The notes below the pieces were generated by a model. It did not search any database. It worked only from the letters and a program-made list of their open reading frames with translations, and had not been told where the DNA came from. A stretch of DNA of 64,000 nt, taken from positions 3,897 through 67,896 of the forward strand of contig DAHWID010000001.1 of the NCBI GenBank assembly GCA_027345405.1, read 5' to 3'. A program made the translations under genes and the position numbers. The number at the start of each line of letters is the position of its first letter. Position 1 is the first letter of the stretch. Below, piece by piece: positions 1 to 8,534 of the stretch. Source of the DNA: Candidatus Saccharimonadota bacterium (GTDB lineage Bacteria; Patescibacteriota; Saccharimonadia; Saccharimonadales; UBA4665).

Positions 1-458
1 ACCTTATAACGATGGGCGAAGTGATACGGATGTATGTTACGGGCGAACGCCGCGCTAGAATGCTGGCCGGAGAATTATTGGAAGACTCTGAGGTAATTAC
101 ACTACTAGATCAAGTACTTTCCGGTATTTCTAACAAAGACCTGTGTATATTAGACGGATTCCCGCGTACGATACCGCAGGCCGAGTGGTTGCTAAAAAAA
201 GCAAAACACGAAAATTTTACCCTTAGTCATGTGATTCACTTAATTGCTAGCAAAAATACGGTAAAAAATCGGCTGCAGGCCAGGGGGCGGATTGACGACC
301 GAGCTGAAGTAATAAGAGAACGCTTTAAAGAATATAACGAAATGACTGAGCCGTTATTTAATTGGTTTAGACAGCACGGTGTAGATGTGGTTGACGTAAA
401 TGCTGAACGTACGGTTGATGAAGTCAACGATGAAGTCAGCCGGTCACTCGGTATTTAA
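1..458 (+). CDS. adk: adenylate kinase, 5'-truncated by the window edge
   Basis: The frame is open back to base 3 (LIT precedes the first Met). It has the ILDGFPRT..QA motif and an Adk-like C-terminal core. The P-loop N-terminus must lie upstream. The gene is followed by map, as in the conserved adk-map order. Confidence 0.85.
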   Translation, partial: LITMGEVIRMYVTGERRARMLAGELLEDSEVITLLDQVLSGISNKDLCILDGFPRTIPQAEWLLKKAKHENFTLSHVIHLIASKNTVKNRLQARGRIDDRAEVIRERFKEYNEMTEPLFNWFRQHGVDVVDVNAERTVDEVNDEVSRSLGI

Positions 459-476
459 TATATACAAGTTGAAGTT

Positions 477-1238
477 ATGACAACAAAAGTAAAGACGGCA
501 ACCGAGATCGTATCGATGAAAGAGAGCGGTAGGCTGCTAGCAGAGATTCTGGTTAAGCTAGCGCAGATGGTTGAACCGGGAATTTCAACAAAAGATTTAG
601 CGGTAGTTGCCGCCAGGGAGCTGCAGGCCGCTGGGGCTGGAGCTCCTTTCTTAGGTTATCAGGGCTTTCCAGATGTAATCTGCATTTCCCTAAACGATGA
701 GGTTGTCCATGGGATACCGCAGCCAACTCGCATTATTGCCAATGGTGATCTAGTCAGTTTAGATTTTGGGGTTAATTGGCGTGGCATGATAACCGATAGC
801 GCCCTCACTTTGATAGCCGGCCAAGCTAAAAGCCCAAAACACGAGCAGTTGATTAAATATACCAATGAATCTTTGAATGAAGGTATTGCTGTGGTGCATG
901 ATGGTGTTAGAACTGGCGATATAGCAGCCGCAGTTGAGGCAGTTTTAAGTCGGCACAATTATGGCATTGTGCGTGATCTTGTTGGGCATGGTGTCGGCCA
1001 TCACCTGCACGAGGACCCTAACATACCAAATTATGGTCGGGCTAATACTGGGCCTTGGTTGAAAGCTGGCATGACAATTGCGATTGAACCGATGGCTACT
1101 CTTCGCAGCGAGCAGGTGATGCTTGACCCTGACGGTTGGACAGTACGTACACGTGACCATTCAATGAGTGCACATTTTGAACACACAGTTTTAATTACTG
1201 AAACAGGTGCTGAGGTGCTGACGCAGCGCATTCTCTAG
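477..1238 (+). CDS. map: type I methionine aminopeptidase
   Basis: 253 aa. Metal-ligand context is present: DFG..W.G...D, GHGVG...HE and IEPM. Position is immediately after adk. Confidence 0.95.
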   Translation: MTTKVKTATEIVSMKESGRLLAEILVKLAQMVEPGISTKDLAVVAARELQAAGAGAPFLGYQGFPDVICISLNDEVVHGIPQPTRIIANGDLVSLDFGVNWRGMITDSALTLIAGQAKSPKHEQLIKYTNESLNEGIAVVHDGVRTGDIAAAVEAVLSRHNYGIVRDLVGHGVGHHLHEDPNIPNYGRANTGPWLKAGMTIAIEPMATLRSEQVMLDPDGWTVRTRDHSMSAHFEHTVLITETGAEVLTQRIL

Positions 1239-1366
1239 TCAGTAAAGCGTGAAGCCTAAAATCACCCTGTAGTAAACATAAGTATTTTTGGCAGATACGC
1301 TAAAAATACTATGGCAGCTGGATATGAGGTTGCTCATATTAAAGAGTTAGCGTTATACTTACGACA

Positions 1367-2599
1367 ATGCGCGAAACGCAAACCAACAGCTTTGTCGGAT
1401 TAGATATCGGAACATCAACTGTCCGCTGTGTCGTCGGCATGATCGAGCCGAATACTAATGCCAAGTTGTCTGTTATCGGGCATGGTTCGGCTAAAAATAG
1501 CGGTATGCGCAAAGGAACTGTCGTTCATGTTGATGATGTAGCTGAAGCAATTATCGCAGCCGTAACTGAAGCTGAACGGATATCCGGTCAACAAATTAAT
1601 CATGCTACAGTCAATGTAAACGGTAGTCATGTCCTAGGATTTAACTCCAAAGGTGTAATTGCGATTAGTGCGGCTAATCGTGAGATTACCCCGGATGACC
1701 GGATGCGGGTCGAGGAGGCCGCAACTGTCATATCGCTGCCGGCAAACCGGGAGATTATTCAATTTTTTGCCAAAAACTACTCGCTTGATGGACAGACTAA
1801 CATTAAAGATCCAGTCGGTATGCAGGGAATTAGGCTAGAGGTTGATGCACATATCGTTACCGGAGCCAGCCCGAATTTGCGCAATTTGGCGCAAGCGCTT
1901 GAAAAAGCAGCTATCCATCCGACCAACTACACCGTATCTTCACTCGCAGCGGCTGAAGCTGTTTTATCCAGGCAACAGAAAGAGGCCGGAACACTGTTAG
2001 TGGATATCGGGGCGGGCACAACCAATATGATTGTGGTTGAAGACGGTGAGATTCAACATGTAGCAGTGATCCCTGTTGGGGGCATTAATCTGACCAACGA
2101 TTTGGCAATAGGGCTAAAAACCGATTTAGACGTAGCAGAAAAGGTTAAACTTGAGCATGCGTCGCTCAAACCCGACGAGACTAAGTCGAGTGCAATCGTG
2201 AAGCTAGGCAAGCAAAGCTATACTTTTATTCCTAGTGATATCTATATGATTACTGAGGCCAGAATTGGTGAGTTGCTTGAACTTATCGACAAAGAACTAG
2301 TAAAGATTAAGCGTTCGCGTAAACTGCCGGGTGGTGTTGTGCTAGTCGGGGGCAGCGCGGCGTTGCCAGGACTAGCCGAATTTACTCGTGATAAGCTGCA
2401 ATTGCCGGCGCGTTTAGGCAAGCTAACTAACATCGGTGGTTTAGTTGATACCGTTGAGGGGCCGGGTTACTGCACCGTAGTTGGGCTGATGGCGCTAGAT
2501 ATGCTACTACTTCCGAGTACTTTGCCTCCGGTTAATCTAAGTCTTGGCTCAACCCTCGGTTTAGCAGATAAATTATTAAAGCGTTTTAAAAAGACTTAA
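1367..2599 (+). CDS. ftsA: cell division protein FtsA
   Basis: 410 aa. Actin-fold motifs are present: GLDIGTSTVRCVVG and LVDIGAGTTNM. It lies directly upstream of ftsZ. Confidence 0.95.
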   Translation: MRETQTNSFVGLDIGTSTVRCVVGMIEPNTNAKLSVIGHGSAKNSGMRKGTVVHVDDVAEAIIAAVTEAERISGQQINHATVNVNGSHVLGFNSKGVIAISAANREITPDDRMRVEEAATVISLPANREIIQFFAKNYSLDGQTNIKDPVGMQGIRLEVDAHIVTGASPNLRNLAQALEKAAIHPTNYTVSSLAAAEAVLSRQQKEAGTLLVDIGAGTTNMIVVEDGEIQHVAVIPVGGINLTNDLAIGLKTDLDVAEKVKLEHASLKPDETKSSAIVKLGKQSYTFIPSDIYMITEARIGELLELIDKELVKIKRSRKLPGGVVLVGGSAALPGLAEFTRDKLQLPARLGKLTNIGGLVDTVEGPGYCTVVGLMALDMLLLPSTLPPVNLSLGSTLGLADKLLKRFKKT

Positions 2600-2829
2600 G
2601 ATTAACCTTTCTAGGGTACCTTGGCGGTAGACGAATCGCTCGTTCCATTAAATGATAAGTTGTAAATCATACAATTTTGTAGGTAAATACAAGAGGTAAG
2701 ATTGTTTTATAGAACTTGTTAATCATTATTAGAATAAAAAATTAGCATAGCTTAACAAGAGGGTTTTTGGGCTGAACAACTATAGGATATTTGGCTTTTC
2801 TTGGTTTAAACGTGCGTATACAAAATTTG

Positions 2830-2857
2830 TTGACCTAGTCTGCAACAAGGGTATACT
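2830..2857 (+). promoter_or_regulatory. putative sigma70-type promoter for ftsZ
   Basis: TTGACC (2830-2835), a 16-nt spacer, then TATACT (2852-2857), inside an AT-rich 293-bp ftsA-ftsZ spacer. A purine-rich RBS (GGTCAGGGGGA) precedes the ATG at 2893. Confidence 0.45.
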
Positions 2858-2892
2858 AAAATTAGCATTTACAAGGTCAGGGGGATATTCTA

Positions 2893-4209
2893 ATGGCCCA
2901 AGTAGTTGAGCCCGAGATTGAAACTTTCGCACAGATTAAGGTCGTAGGAGTTGGTGGAGCTGGCGGCGCAGCCATTAATAGGATGGTTGATGCGGGGGTC
3001 GAAAATGTGGAGTTTATTGCAATTAATACTGATGCACAGGCTCTTCATCACTCTAGAGCAACTAAAAAAGTTCATATCGGCAAAGACACGACGCGGGGGT
3101 TAGGGGCTGGAGCTGATCCAAAAATGGGACAGCAGGCCGCCGAAGAATCGGTTGAAGATATTAAGAAAGCCTTGGTTGGCGCCGATATGGTGTTTGTAAC
3201 ACTTGGTGCTGGTGGCGGCACCGGCAGCGGTGCCGGACATATTGTGGCTAAAATAGCCAAAGATAATGGTTCGCTTGTTGTGGGATTTGCTACTAAACCG
3301 TTCGCTTTTGAAGGGGATAAACGACGTCGTAATGCCGAAGAGGCGATCGATAAACTGCGTCAGAGCGTAGATACGCTCATTATTGTGCCAAATGATCGCT
3401 TACTGCAAACTATTGATCGACAAACACCGTTAGTAGAAGCCTTTAAGGTAGCTGACGATGTTTTACGCCAAGGAGTCCAAGGTATTTCTGATCTGATTAC
3501 AGTCCATGGTTTAATTAATCTAGATTTTGCTGATGTTAAGACAGTCATGTCTAGCGCCGGAACGGCACTCATGGGAATCGGACGAGCGAGTGGTGACGAT
3601 CGTGCAGTTAAGGCCGCCAAACAGGCAATTGAGTCGCCACTTCTAGAGGTATCAATTGACGGCGCTCGCGGTATCTTGTTTAACGTGATTGGTGGAGATG
3701 ATCTGGCAATGCACGAGATAAATGCTGCTGCTGAAGCCATTACTACTGCCGCCGACCCTGACGCTAATATTATCTTTGGTGCTACGATTAACCCCGAGCT
3801 TTCCGGCGAGATGATAATCACAGTTGTGGCTACCGGTTTTGACGCCAGCTACTTCGCTGAACGGCCGCAACAGCTTAAATTCAGCGCCCAAGAGACTCTT
3901 AGCGACATTGCGCCCACTGATGAAGAGGTAACGATGAGCGATATTGACACCAATCTCGAAGAAGCTGAAAGTGATTTCGTAAATGAAGAACCAATGCCGA
4001 ACATCTGGACAATCGATGAAGTAGATGAAGTAATCGATACGGCTAAAACTGATTCAAGTGAAGATGGCGATCATAATGCTGAATCAGCAACGCCAGGCGA
4101 TGCTGTTGTATCAAGCAAATTAGATGAAGATTTAGAAAAACCTTCTTTCTTACGCCGACTTAGCGGCAACCGTCGCCATAAAGATGATACTGAAGAAACC
4201 AAAAAATAA
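2893..4209 (+). CDS. ftsZ: cell division GTPase FtsZ
   Basis: 438 aa. It has the tubulin signature GGGTGSGA and NTDAQAL. A long acidic linker is followed by a KPSFLRRL C-terminal peptide and a basic tail. Confidence 0.97.
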   Translation: MAQVVEPEIETFAQIKVVGVGGAGGAAINRMVDAGVENVEFIAINTDAQALHHSRATKKVHIGKDTTRGLGAGADPKMGQQAAEESVEDIKKALVGADMVFVTLGAGGGTGSGAGHIVAKIAKDNGSLVVGFATKPFAFEGDKRRRNAEEAIDKLRQSVDTLIIVPNDRLLQTIDRQTPLVEAFKVADDVLRQGVQGISDLITVHGLINLDFADVKTVMSSAGTALMGIGRASGDDRAVKAAKQAIESPLLEVSIDGARGILFNVIGGDDLAMHEINAAAEAITTAADPDANIIFGATINPELSGEMIITVVATGFDASYFAERPQQLKFSAQETLSDIAPTDEEVTMSDIDTNLEEAESDFVNEEPMPNIWTIDEVDEVIDTAKTDSSEDGDHNAESATPGDAVVSSKLDEDLEKPSFLRRLSGNRRHKDDTEETKK

Positions 4210-4284
4210 GCTAGAAGAGTAAGCCAAGGGCATTAACTCCTTGAGCGGCGAAAGAATCAAGTAAATTCTACAGCGCCTAAACTA

Positions 4285-4340
4285 TTGCAAAACGCTATAG
4301 CTAGAGCTATATTGGTGTTACCAAGCGCTATATATGGATA
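4285..4340 (+). promoter_or_regulatory. putative nrdR-nrdJ promoter overlapped by NrdR-box-like repeats
   Basis: TTGCAA (4285-4290), a 17-nt spacer, then TATATT (4308-4313). There are three GCTATA-cored elements: aCgCTATAgcTAGaGc (4292-4307), a 15-nt gCTATATtGGTGT variant (4306-4318) and gCgCTATATATgGata (4325-4340). These resemble the palindromic NrdR box acaCwAtATaTwGtgt, with hand-counted matches of 11/16 and 10/16. Confidence 0.45.
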
Positions 4341-4457
4341 TTAAGCCAAATTACGCTGGCGTACATTGAAAACAAAAATTTCACCAAAGAAGCAAAAGTC
4401 AGTCGACTTTAAGTTTTAAAGCGGCAGATTTGATGGCATAAGGAGAAGTCTGAAAAA

Positions 4458-4949
4458 GTGAAATGCAATAAATGCCACAGCGAGGATATTCGTGTTATTG
4501 AATCGCGCGATGCAGCAGATGGGCAAGCGATTAGACGAAGGCGACTATGTAACGCTTGTGGCAACCGGTTTACTACCTATGAACGGGTGGAACGGCCACA
4601 ACTGATAGTAATTAAACACGACGGCACCAGACAACTATTCAGCCGGGATAAATTACTTGGCGGTTTATATAAGGCATGTGAAAAAACGCCGGTAACATCT
4701 GTTCAGCTTGAACAGATGGTGTCAAATATAGAGGATACTCTGTATGCTTGCGGTGATCAGGAAGTCAGCTCAGGCACCATCGGTGATATGGTGATGGAAC
4801 GCCTAAGCCTACTTAACGAGGTTGCCTATGTACGCTTTGCAAGTGTCTACCGACGCTTCAAAGATATTGCCGGATTCGAGAAAGAACTTAGTCATATTCG
4901 CCGGCAAAACCGAATGCATAAGGAAAAACAACCGCAGGGAACGGATTGA
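4458..4949 (+). CDS. nrdR: transcriptional repressor NrdR (zinc ribbon + ATP-cone)
   Basis: GTG start. It has an N-terminal CxxC...CxxC ribbon (CNKCHS..CNACGNRFTTYE), then an ATP-cone region. It lies upstream of the RNR gene. Confidence 0.93.
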   Translation: MKCNKCHSEDIRVIESRDAADGQAIRRRRLCNACGNRFTTYERVERPQLIVIKHDGTRQLFSRDKLLGGLYKACEKTPVTSVQLEQMVSNIEDTLYACGDQEVSSGTIGDMVMERLSLLNEVAYVRFASVYRRFKDIAGFEKELSHIRRQNRMHKEKQPQGTD

Positions 4950-5141
4950 AAGTTCTCTTCTTGCGCATAAGTTGTTATGTGTAAAAGAGAGCTTTCAGGA
5001 AGCGTTAAAAATGGCGCTTTTTGACAACTCTAAACAAAAATTTAAAATAATAAAAATTAAAAGGAGTTTTTCGAGTAAAGAGTCTTAGGGCTATAGAGAG
5101 ACACCCTAAAGCCAAACTCGAAGCTAAGAAAGGGTAAAGCA

Positions 5142-7886
5142 ATGGGACAAGCAACTGATCTCACGGTGGGAAGGGTATTCACCCGTGCAAAAACTAAGGC
5201 TTACGATCAACTTAAGTGGGAAACACGTAACTCACTGCTGACTAATCCGCAGACTAATGAGGTAGTGTTCGAACAAAAAGACATTGAGTTTCCAGTTGGT
5301 TGGTCACAAAATGCCGTAAACATCGTTGCCCAAAAATATTTTAGTGGCACACCAGGTACCCCTGAGCGTGAATTCTCGCTCAAGCAGCTAATTGATCGTG
5401 TCGTTGACACAATTACCAAGGAGGGGATCAGCACTGGGTATTTTGATTCCGAAACCATTTCTGAAGACTTTCGTGAAGAGCTTAAGTATGTTCTTGCTAC
5501 TCAACGGGCGGCATTTAATTCGCCGGTTTGGTTCAATATTGGTATTCCTAGTCGTGCACAACAAGCGAGCGCCTGTTTTATTTTAGGGATCGAGGACACA
5601 ATGAAGTCGATTCTTAACTGGTACGTTGAAGAGGGGATGATTTTTAAAGGTGGTTCAGGGTCGGGAATCAATTTGAGCGTCTTAAGGTCAAGTATTGAGC
5701 CGTTAGGTAAAAGTGCCGGCACTGCCAGCGGTCCGTTAAGTTTCATGCGCGGAGCGGATGCCAGCGCCGGAGCGATCAAGAGTGGTGGCAAAACCCGACG
5801 GGCTGCCAAGATGGTAATACTAAATGTCGATCATCCGGATATTTACGATTTTATCTGGTGCAAAGCGATCGAGGAACGCAAAGCTCGTGATTTACAGAAT
5901 CTGGGTTGGGATATGAGTTTGGATGGCAAGGATTCTTTTTCCGTTCAATACCAGAATGCTAATCTGTCAGTTCGTGTTACTGATGACTTTATGCGGGCGG
6001 TGGAAAATGACGAAAACTGGAACCTAAACGCTGTTAAAAGTGGAGAAGTCGTACGTAGCGTTAAGGCGCGTGATTTGTTTCATCAATTTGCGGAAGCGGC
6101 TTGGGAATGCGCTGATCCGGGAATGCAGTTTGACAGTGTCATTAACCACTGGCACACTACACCTAACGCCGGACGAATTAACGCCTCTAACCCCTGTAGT
6201 GAATACATGCATTTGGATAATTCTGCCTGTAATCTAGCAAGTATTAACCTGCTTAAGTTCCTTAATCCTGACGGAACCTTTCAAATTGATGAATTTAAAC
6301 ATACGGTTGAGCTGGTGTTTACAGCCCAAGAAATCCTAGTTGGTTACAGTGAGTATCCTACCGCAAGCATCACGAAAAATGCTAAAGCCTACCGCGAACT
6401 TGGTATTGGTTACGCAAACTTGGGTGCACTGTTGATGGCGCAAGGCTTGCCCTATGACAGTGACGAAGGTCGGGCGCAAGCCGCAGCTATTACTGCACTA
6501 TTAACCGGTTATGCTTATGCGACTAGTGCTAAAATGGCAGCAAAAGTCGGACCATTTGCCGGATTTAGTAAGGATAGAGAGGGTATGATAAGAGTGCTCA
6601 AGCAGCATCGGGCAGAACTGTCTAAAATAGATGCCAGCTTAGTTAGCGAAGATCTGCTTAATGCCGCCGCCGATGCTTGGGATGAAGCAGTGGAATTAGC
6701 TGAACATTACGGTGTTCGTAATTCACAAGCCAGCGTACTGGCACCGACCGGCACTATTGGTTTAATGATGGATTGCGATACTACCGGAATTGAACCTGAC
6801 CTTGGCCTGGTCAAAGTAAAAAAACTGGTTGGTGGTGGTACGATGAGTATCGTTAACCAGACTGTACCGCGAGCTCTAAAAGCATTAGGGTATAAGAAAG
6901 CTGAGATTGACGACATCGTTAAGTACATTGACGAAGAAAAAGTCATTGTCGGCGCACCTCATCTTAAAAGCGAGCATTTGCCGGTGTTTGCTTGCTCGAT
7001 GGGCGACAACGCCATTCACTATCTTGGTCACGTTAAGATGATGGCTGCAGTTCAGCCCTTTATTTCAGGAGCGATTTCAAAGACCGTGAACATGCCCGAA
7101 GATGTCAGCGTGGAGGATGTTGAGCAACTGCATATCGATGCTTGGAAGATGGGACTTAAAGCCATTGCGATTTACCGGGATAACTGTAAGGTGGCTCAGC
7201 CGCTGGCAATGGCCAAAAAAGATGCGGTAGGTCAAGCTGCAACTCAGAATGAAAACCGTATCGTTGTGAATGGGCCGGCCCGGCGTAAATTGCCAAAAAT
7301 GCGCACCTCAAAGACTTACAAGTTTCAGATCGCTGATCTTGATGGTTACTTTACCGTGGGTGAATATGAAGATGGCAAACCCGGCGAACTGTTCATTAAT
7401 GTCAGCAAGCAAGGTAGTACCTTAAGAGGATTAATGGACTCTTTCGCGATTTCAGTCAGCCTAGGGTTACAGTATGGAGTACCACTTAAACACTACGTTC
7501 GTATTTTGCGTGGTACGTCGTTTGCTCCGGCTGGTGCCACTGACGATAGTGAGATTAAAACCGCGAGCTCTATCACTGACTACATTTTGCGGCGTTTGGC
7601 CCTAGACTACCTGAGTTTCGATGATCAATTGGAGTTAGGTTTAGTCGATCTATCTGGTCTTGAAGCATCGCTGGCTCAGACGACGCTTATTGCTGAGTCA
7701 AATAAACCAGCTGAAGCTGAGTCAAAACCGCAAATTGTAGAGGTTGATGTTGAAAGTCGGGTCGAGGTTAAAGAAGTCGGCATCGATCAAAGTGCACCAC
7801 TATGCTATAACTGCGGCAATATTACTCAACGTTCAGGCAGTTGTTATGTCTGTTCGGCCTGTGGCAGTACAACTGGATGTAGCTAG
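5142..7886 (+). CDS. nrdJ: adenosylcobalamin-dependent (class II) ribonucleotide reductase
   Basis: 914 aa. RNR active-site context is present (NPCSEY, SACNLASINL, APTGTI). There is a Cys-rich C-terminal tail, CYNCGN..CYVCSACGSTTGCS. Confidence 0.93.
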   Translation: MGQATDLTVGRVFTRAKTKAYDQLKWETRNSLLTNPQTNEVVFEQKDIEFPVGWSQNAVNIVAQKYFSGTPGTPEREFSLKQLIDRVVDTITKEGISTGYFDSETISEDFREELKYVLATQRAAFNSPVWFNIGIPSRAQQASACFILGIEDTMKSILNWYVEEGMIFKGGSGSGINLSVLRSSIEPLGKSAGTASGPLSFMRGADASAGAIKSGGKTRRAAKMVILNVDHPDIYDFIWCKAIEERKARDLQNLGWDMSLDGKDSFSVQYQNANLSVRVTDDFMRAVENDENWNLNAVKSGEVVRSVKARDLFHQFAEAAWECADPGMQFDSVINHWHTTPNAGRINASNPCSEYMHLDNSACNLASINLLKFLNPDGTFQIDEFKHTVELVFTAQEILVGYSEYPTASITKNAKAYRELGIGYANLGALLMAQGLPYDSDEGRAQAAAITALLTGYAYATSAKMAAKVGPFAGFSKDREGMIRVLKQHRAELSKIDASLVSEDLLNAAADAWDEAVELAEHYGVRNSQASVLAPTGTIGLMMDCDTTGIEPDLGLVKVKKLVGGGTMSIVNQTVPRALKALGYKKAEIDDIVKYIDEEKVIVGAPHLKSEHLPVFACSMGDNAIHYLGHVKMMAAVQPFISGAISKTVNMPEDVSVEDVEQLHIDAWKMGLKAIAIYRDNCKVAQPLAMAKKDAVGQAATQNENRIVVNGPARRKLPKMRTSKTYKFQIADLDGYFTVGEYEDGKPGELFINVSKQGSTLRGLMDSFAISVSLGLQYGVPLKHYVRILRGTSFAPAGATDDSEIKTASSITDYILRRLALDYLSFDDQLELGLVDLSGLEASLAQTTLIAESNKPAEAESKPQIVEVDVESRVEVKEVGIDQSAPLCYNCGNITQRSGSCYVCSACGSTTGCS

Positions 7887-7907
7887 TCATGCTAGACTTA
7901 AAATAGC

Positions 7908-8183
7908 ATGAAAGTGATTGTGCTCTATCGACCGCACTCCGAACATCGGGCAATGGTCGACGAATTCATACGCCAATACCAAAGACTATATCCCGAGTCT
8001 AAGCTCGATGTAATTGACGTTGACAGCCGGGACGGAGCCACTATTGCCCAGACTTACGCGATAGTTAGTTATCCGGCAGTCATGGTCATGCGGGATGACG
8101 GCAATGTAGTTGAAAGCTGGCAGGGCGACACCGAGCTGCCCAAAGTTGAGGATGTAAGATATTACGCTGCTCCGCCGGTCTAG
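7908..8183 (+). CDS. thioredoxin-fold-like small protein without cysteines
   Basis: 91 aa. By eye the beta-alpha-beta pattern and a cis-Pro-like SYPAV fit a Trx fold. The CxxC position reads RPHSEH, and the protein has no Cys at all. It starts 22 bp after nrdJ. Confidence 0.5.
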   Translation: MKVIVLYRPHSEHRAMVDEFIRQYQRLYPESKLDVIDVDSRDGATIAQTYAIVSYPAVMVMRDDGNVVESWQGDTELPKVEDVRYYAAPPV

Positions 8184-8309
8184 TAACATTAATTGCAAAC
8201 GTAAATCTCCTAGAGGAATTCTGGCAGGTTTATTAATATGCACTTAAAAGATAGCTTTATGCAAAGCCGAAGTGTTGAAGTTTCGCCTATCGGCTTAGTC
8301 TCAGGTGTG

Positions 8310-8318
8310 TGCTACAAT
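8310..8318 (+). promoter_or_regulatory. possible extended -10 promoter for the ileS leader
   Basis: TGcTACAAT at 8310-8318. No good -35 is present. It would place the transcription start about 210 nt upstream of the ileS ATG, a suitable length for a short T-box leader. Confidence 0.35.
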
Positions 8319-8334
8319 TTAAAATGACAAATCC

Positions 8335-8534
8335 GTTAAAAGCAGCTATCACCTGCAAATTGGATCGGGAAGAACCGGTAGGTTATATGCCGTAGTAGAA
8401 CCCGCCGGCGAGAGCCGAAAAATCTAAAATCAAGTGCTTTTGAGCTAACCTCAAAGGAAATCGGATGGTACCGTCCCCGTTTATAGCTAGGGATTCCGAT
8501 AAAGCCTTTGAGGATTTTTAATTAGGGAACGAAC
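8335..8534 (+). promoter_or_regulatory. T-box riboswitch leader with Ile (AUC) specifier
   Basis: A T-box sequence AAAUCGGAUGGUACCGUCC lies at about 8458-8476. An antiterminator-type fold is present: AUCGGA (8460-8465) pairs with UCCGAU (8495-8500), UCCC (8474-8477) pairs with GGGA (8490-8493), and UGGUACCG forms the bulge. The hairpin GCAG-CUAUCAC-CUGC (8342-8356) presents AUC followed by A in a 7-nt loop. The element lies directly upstream of ileS. Confidence 0.75.

Noticed and set aside
3360-3821. 153-aa minus-strand ORF inside ftsZ. Similar antisense or alternate-frame ORFs occur at 236-427, 659-958, 5501-5809, 20399-20806, 21650-22021, 29416-29796, 32485-32817 and 57830-58189.
   Set aside because: Each lies entirely within a strongly supported housekeeping gene. 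Their compositions are biased (Ser/Ala/Pro/Arg-rich) in the way typical of shadow frames, and none has a plausible RBS.
4822-5088. 88-aa ORF spanning the nrdR 3' end and the nrdR-nrdJ spacer.
   Set aside because: It overlaps nrdR out of frame. Its remainder is an AT-rich spacer translation (KIIKIKRSF), and it has no RBS.
5088-5106. Possible third NrdR box (GGGCTATAGAGAGACACCC) upstream of nrdJ.
   Set aside because: Only about 8/16 positions match the consensus by hand count. It is mentioned within the NrdR finding but not called as a feature.
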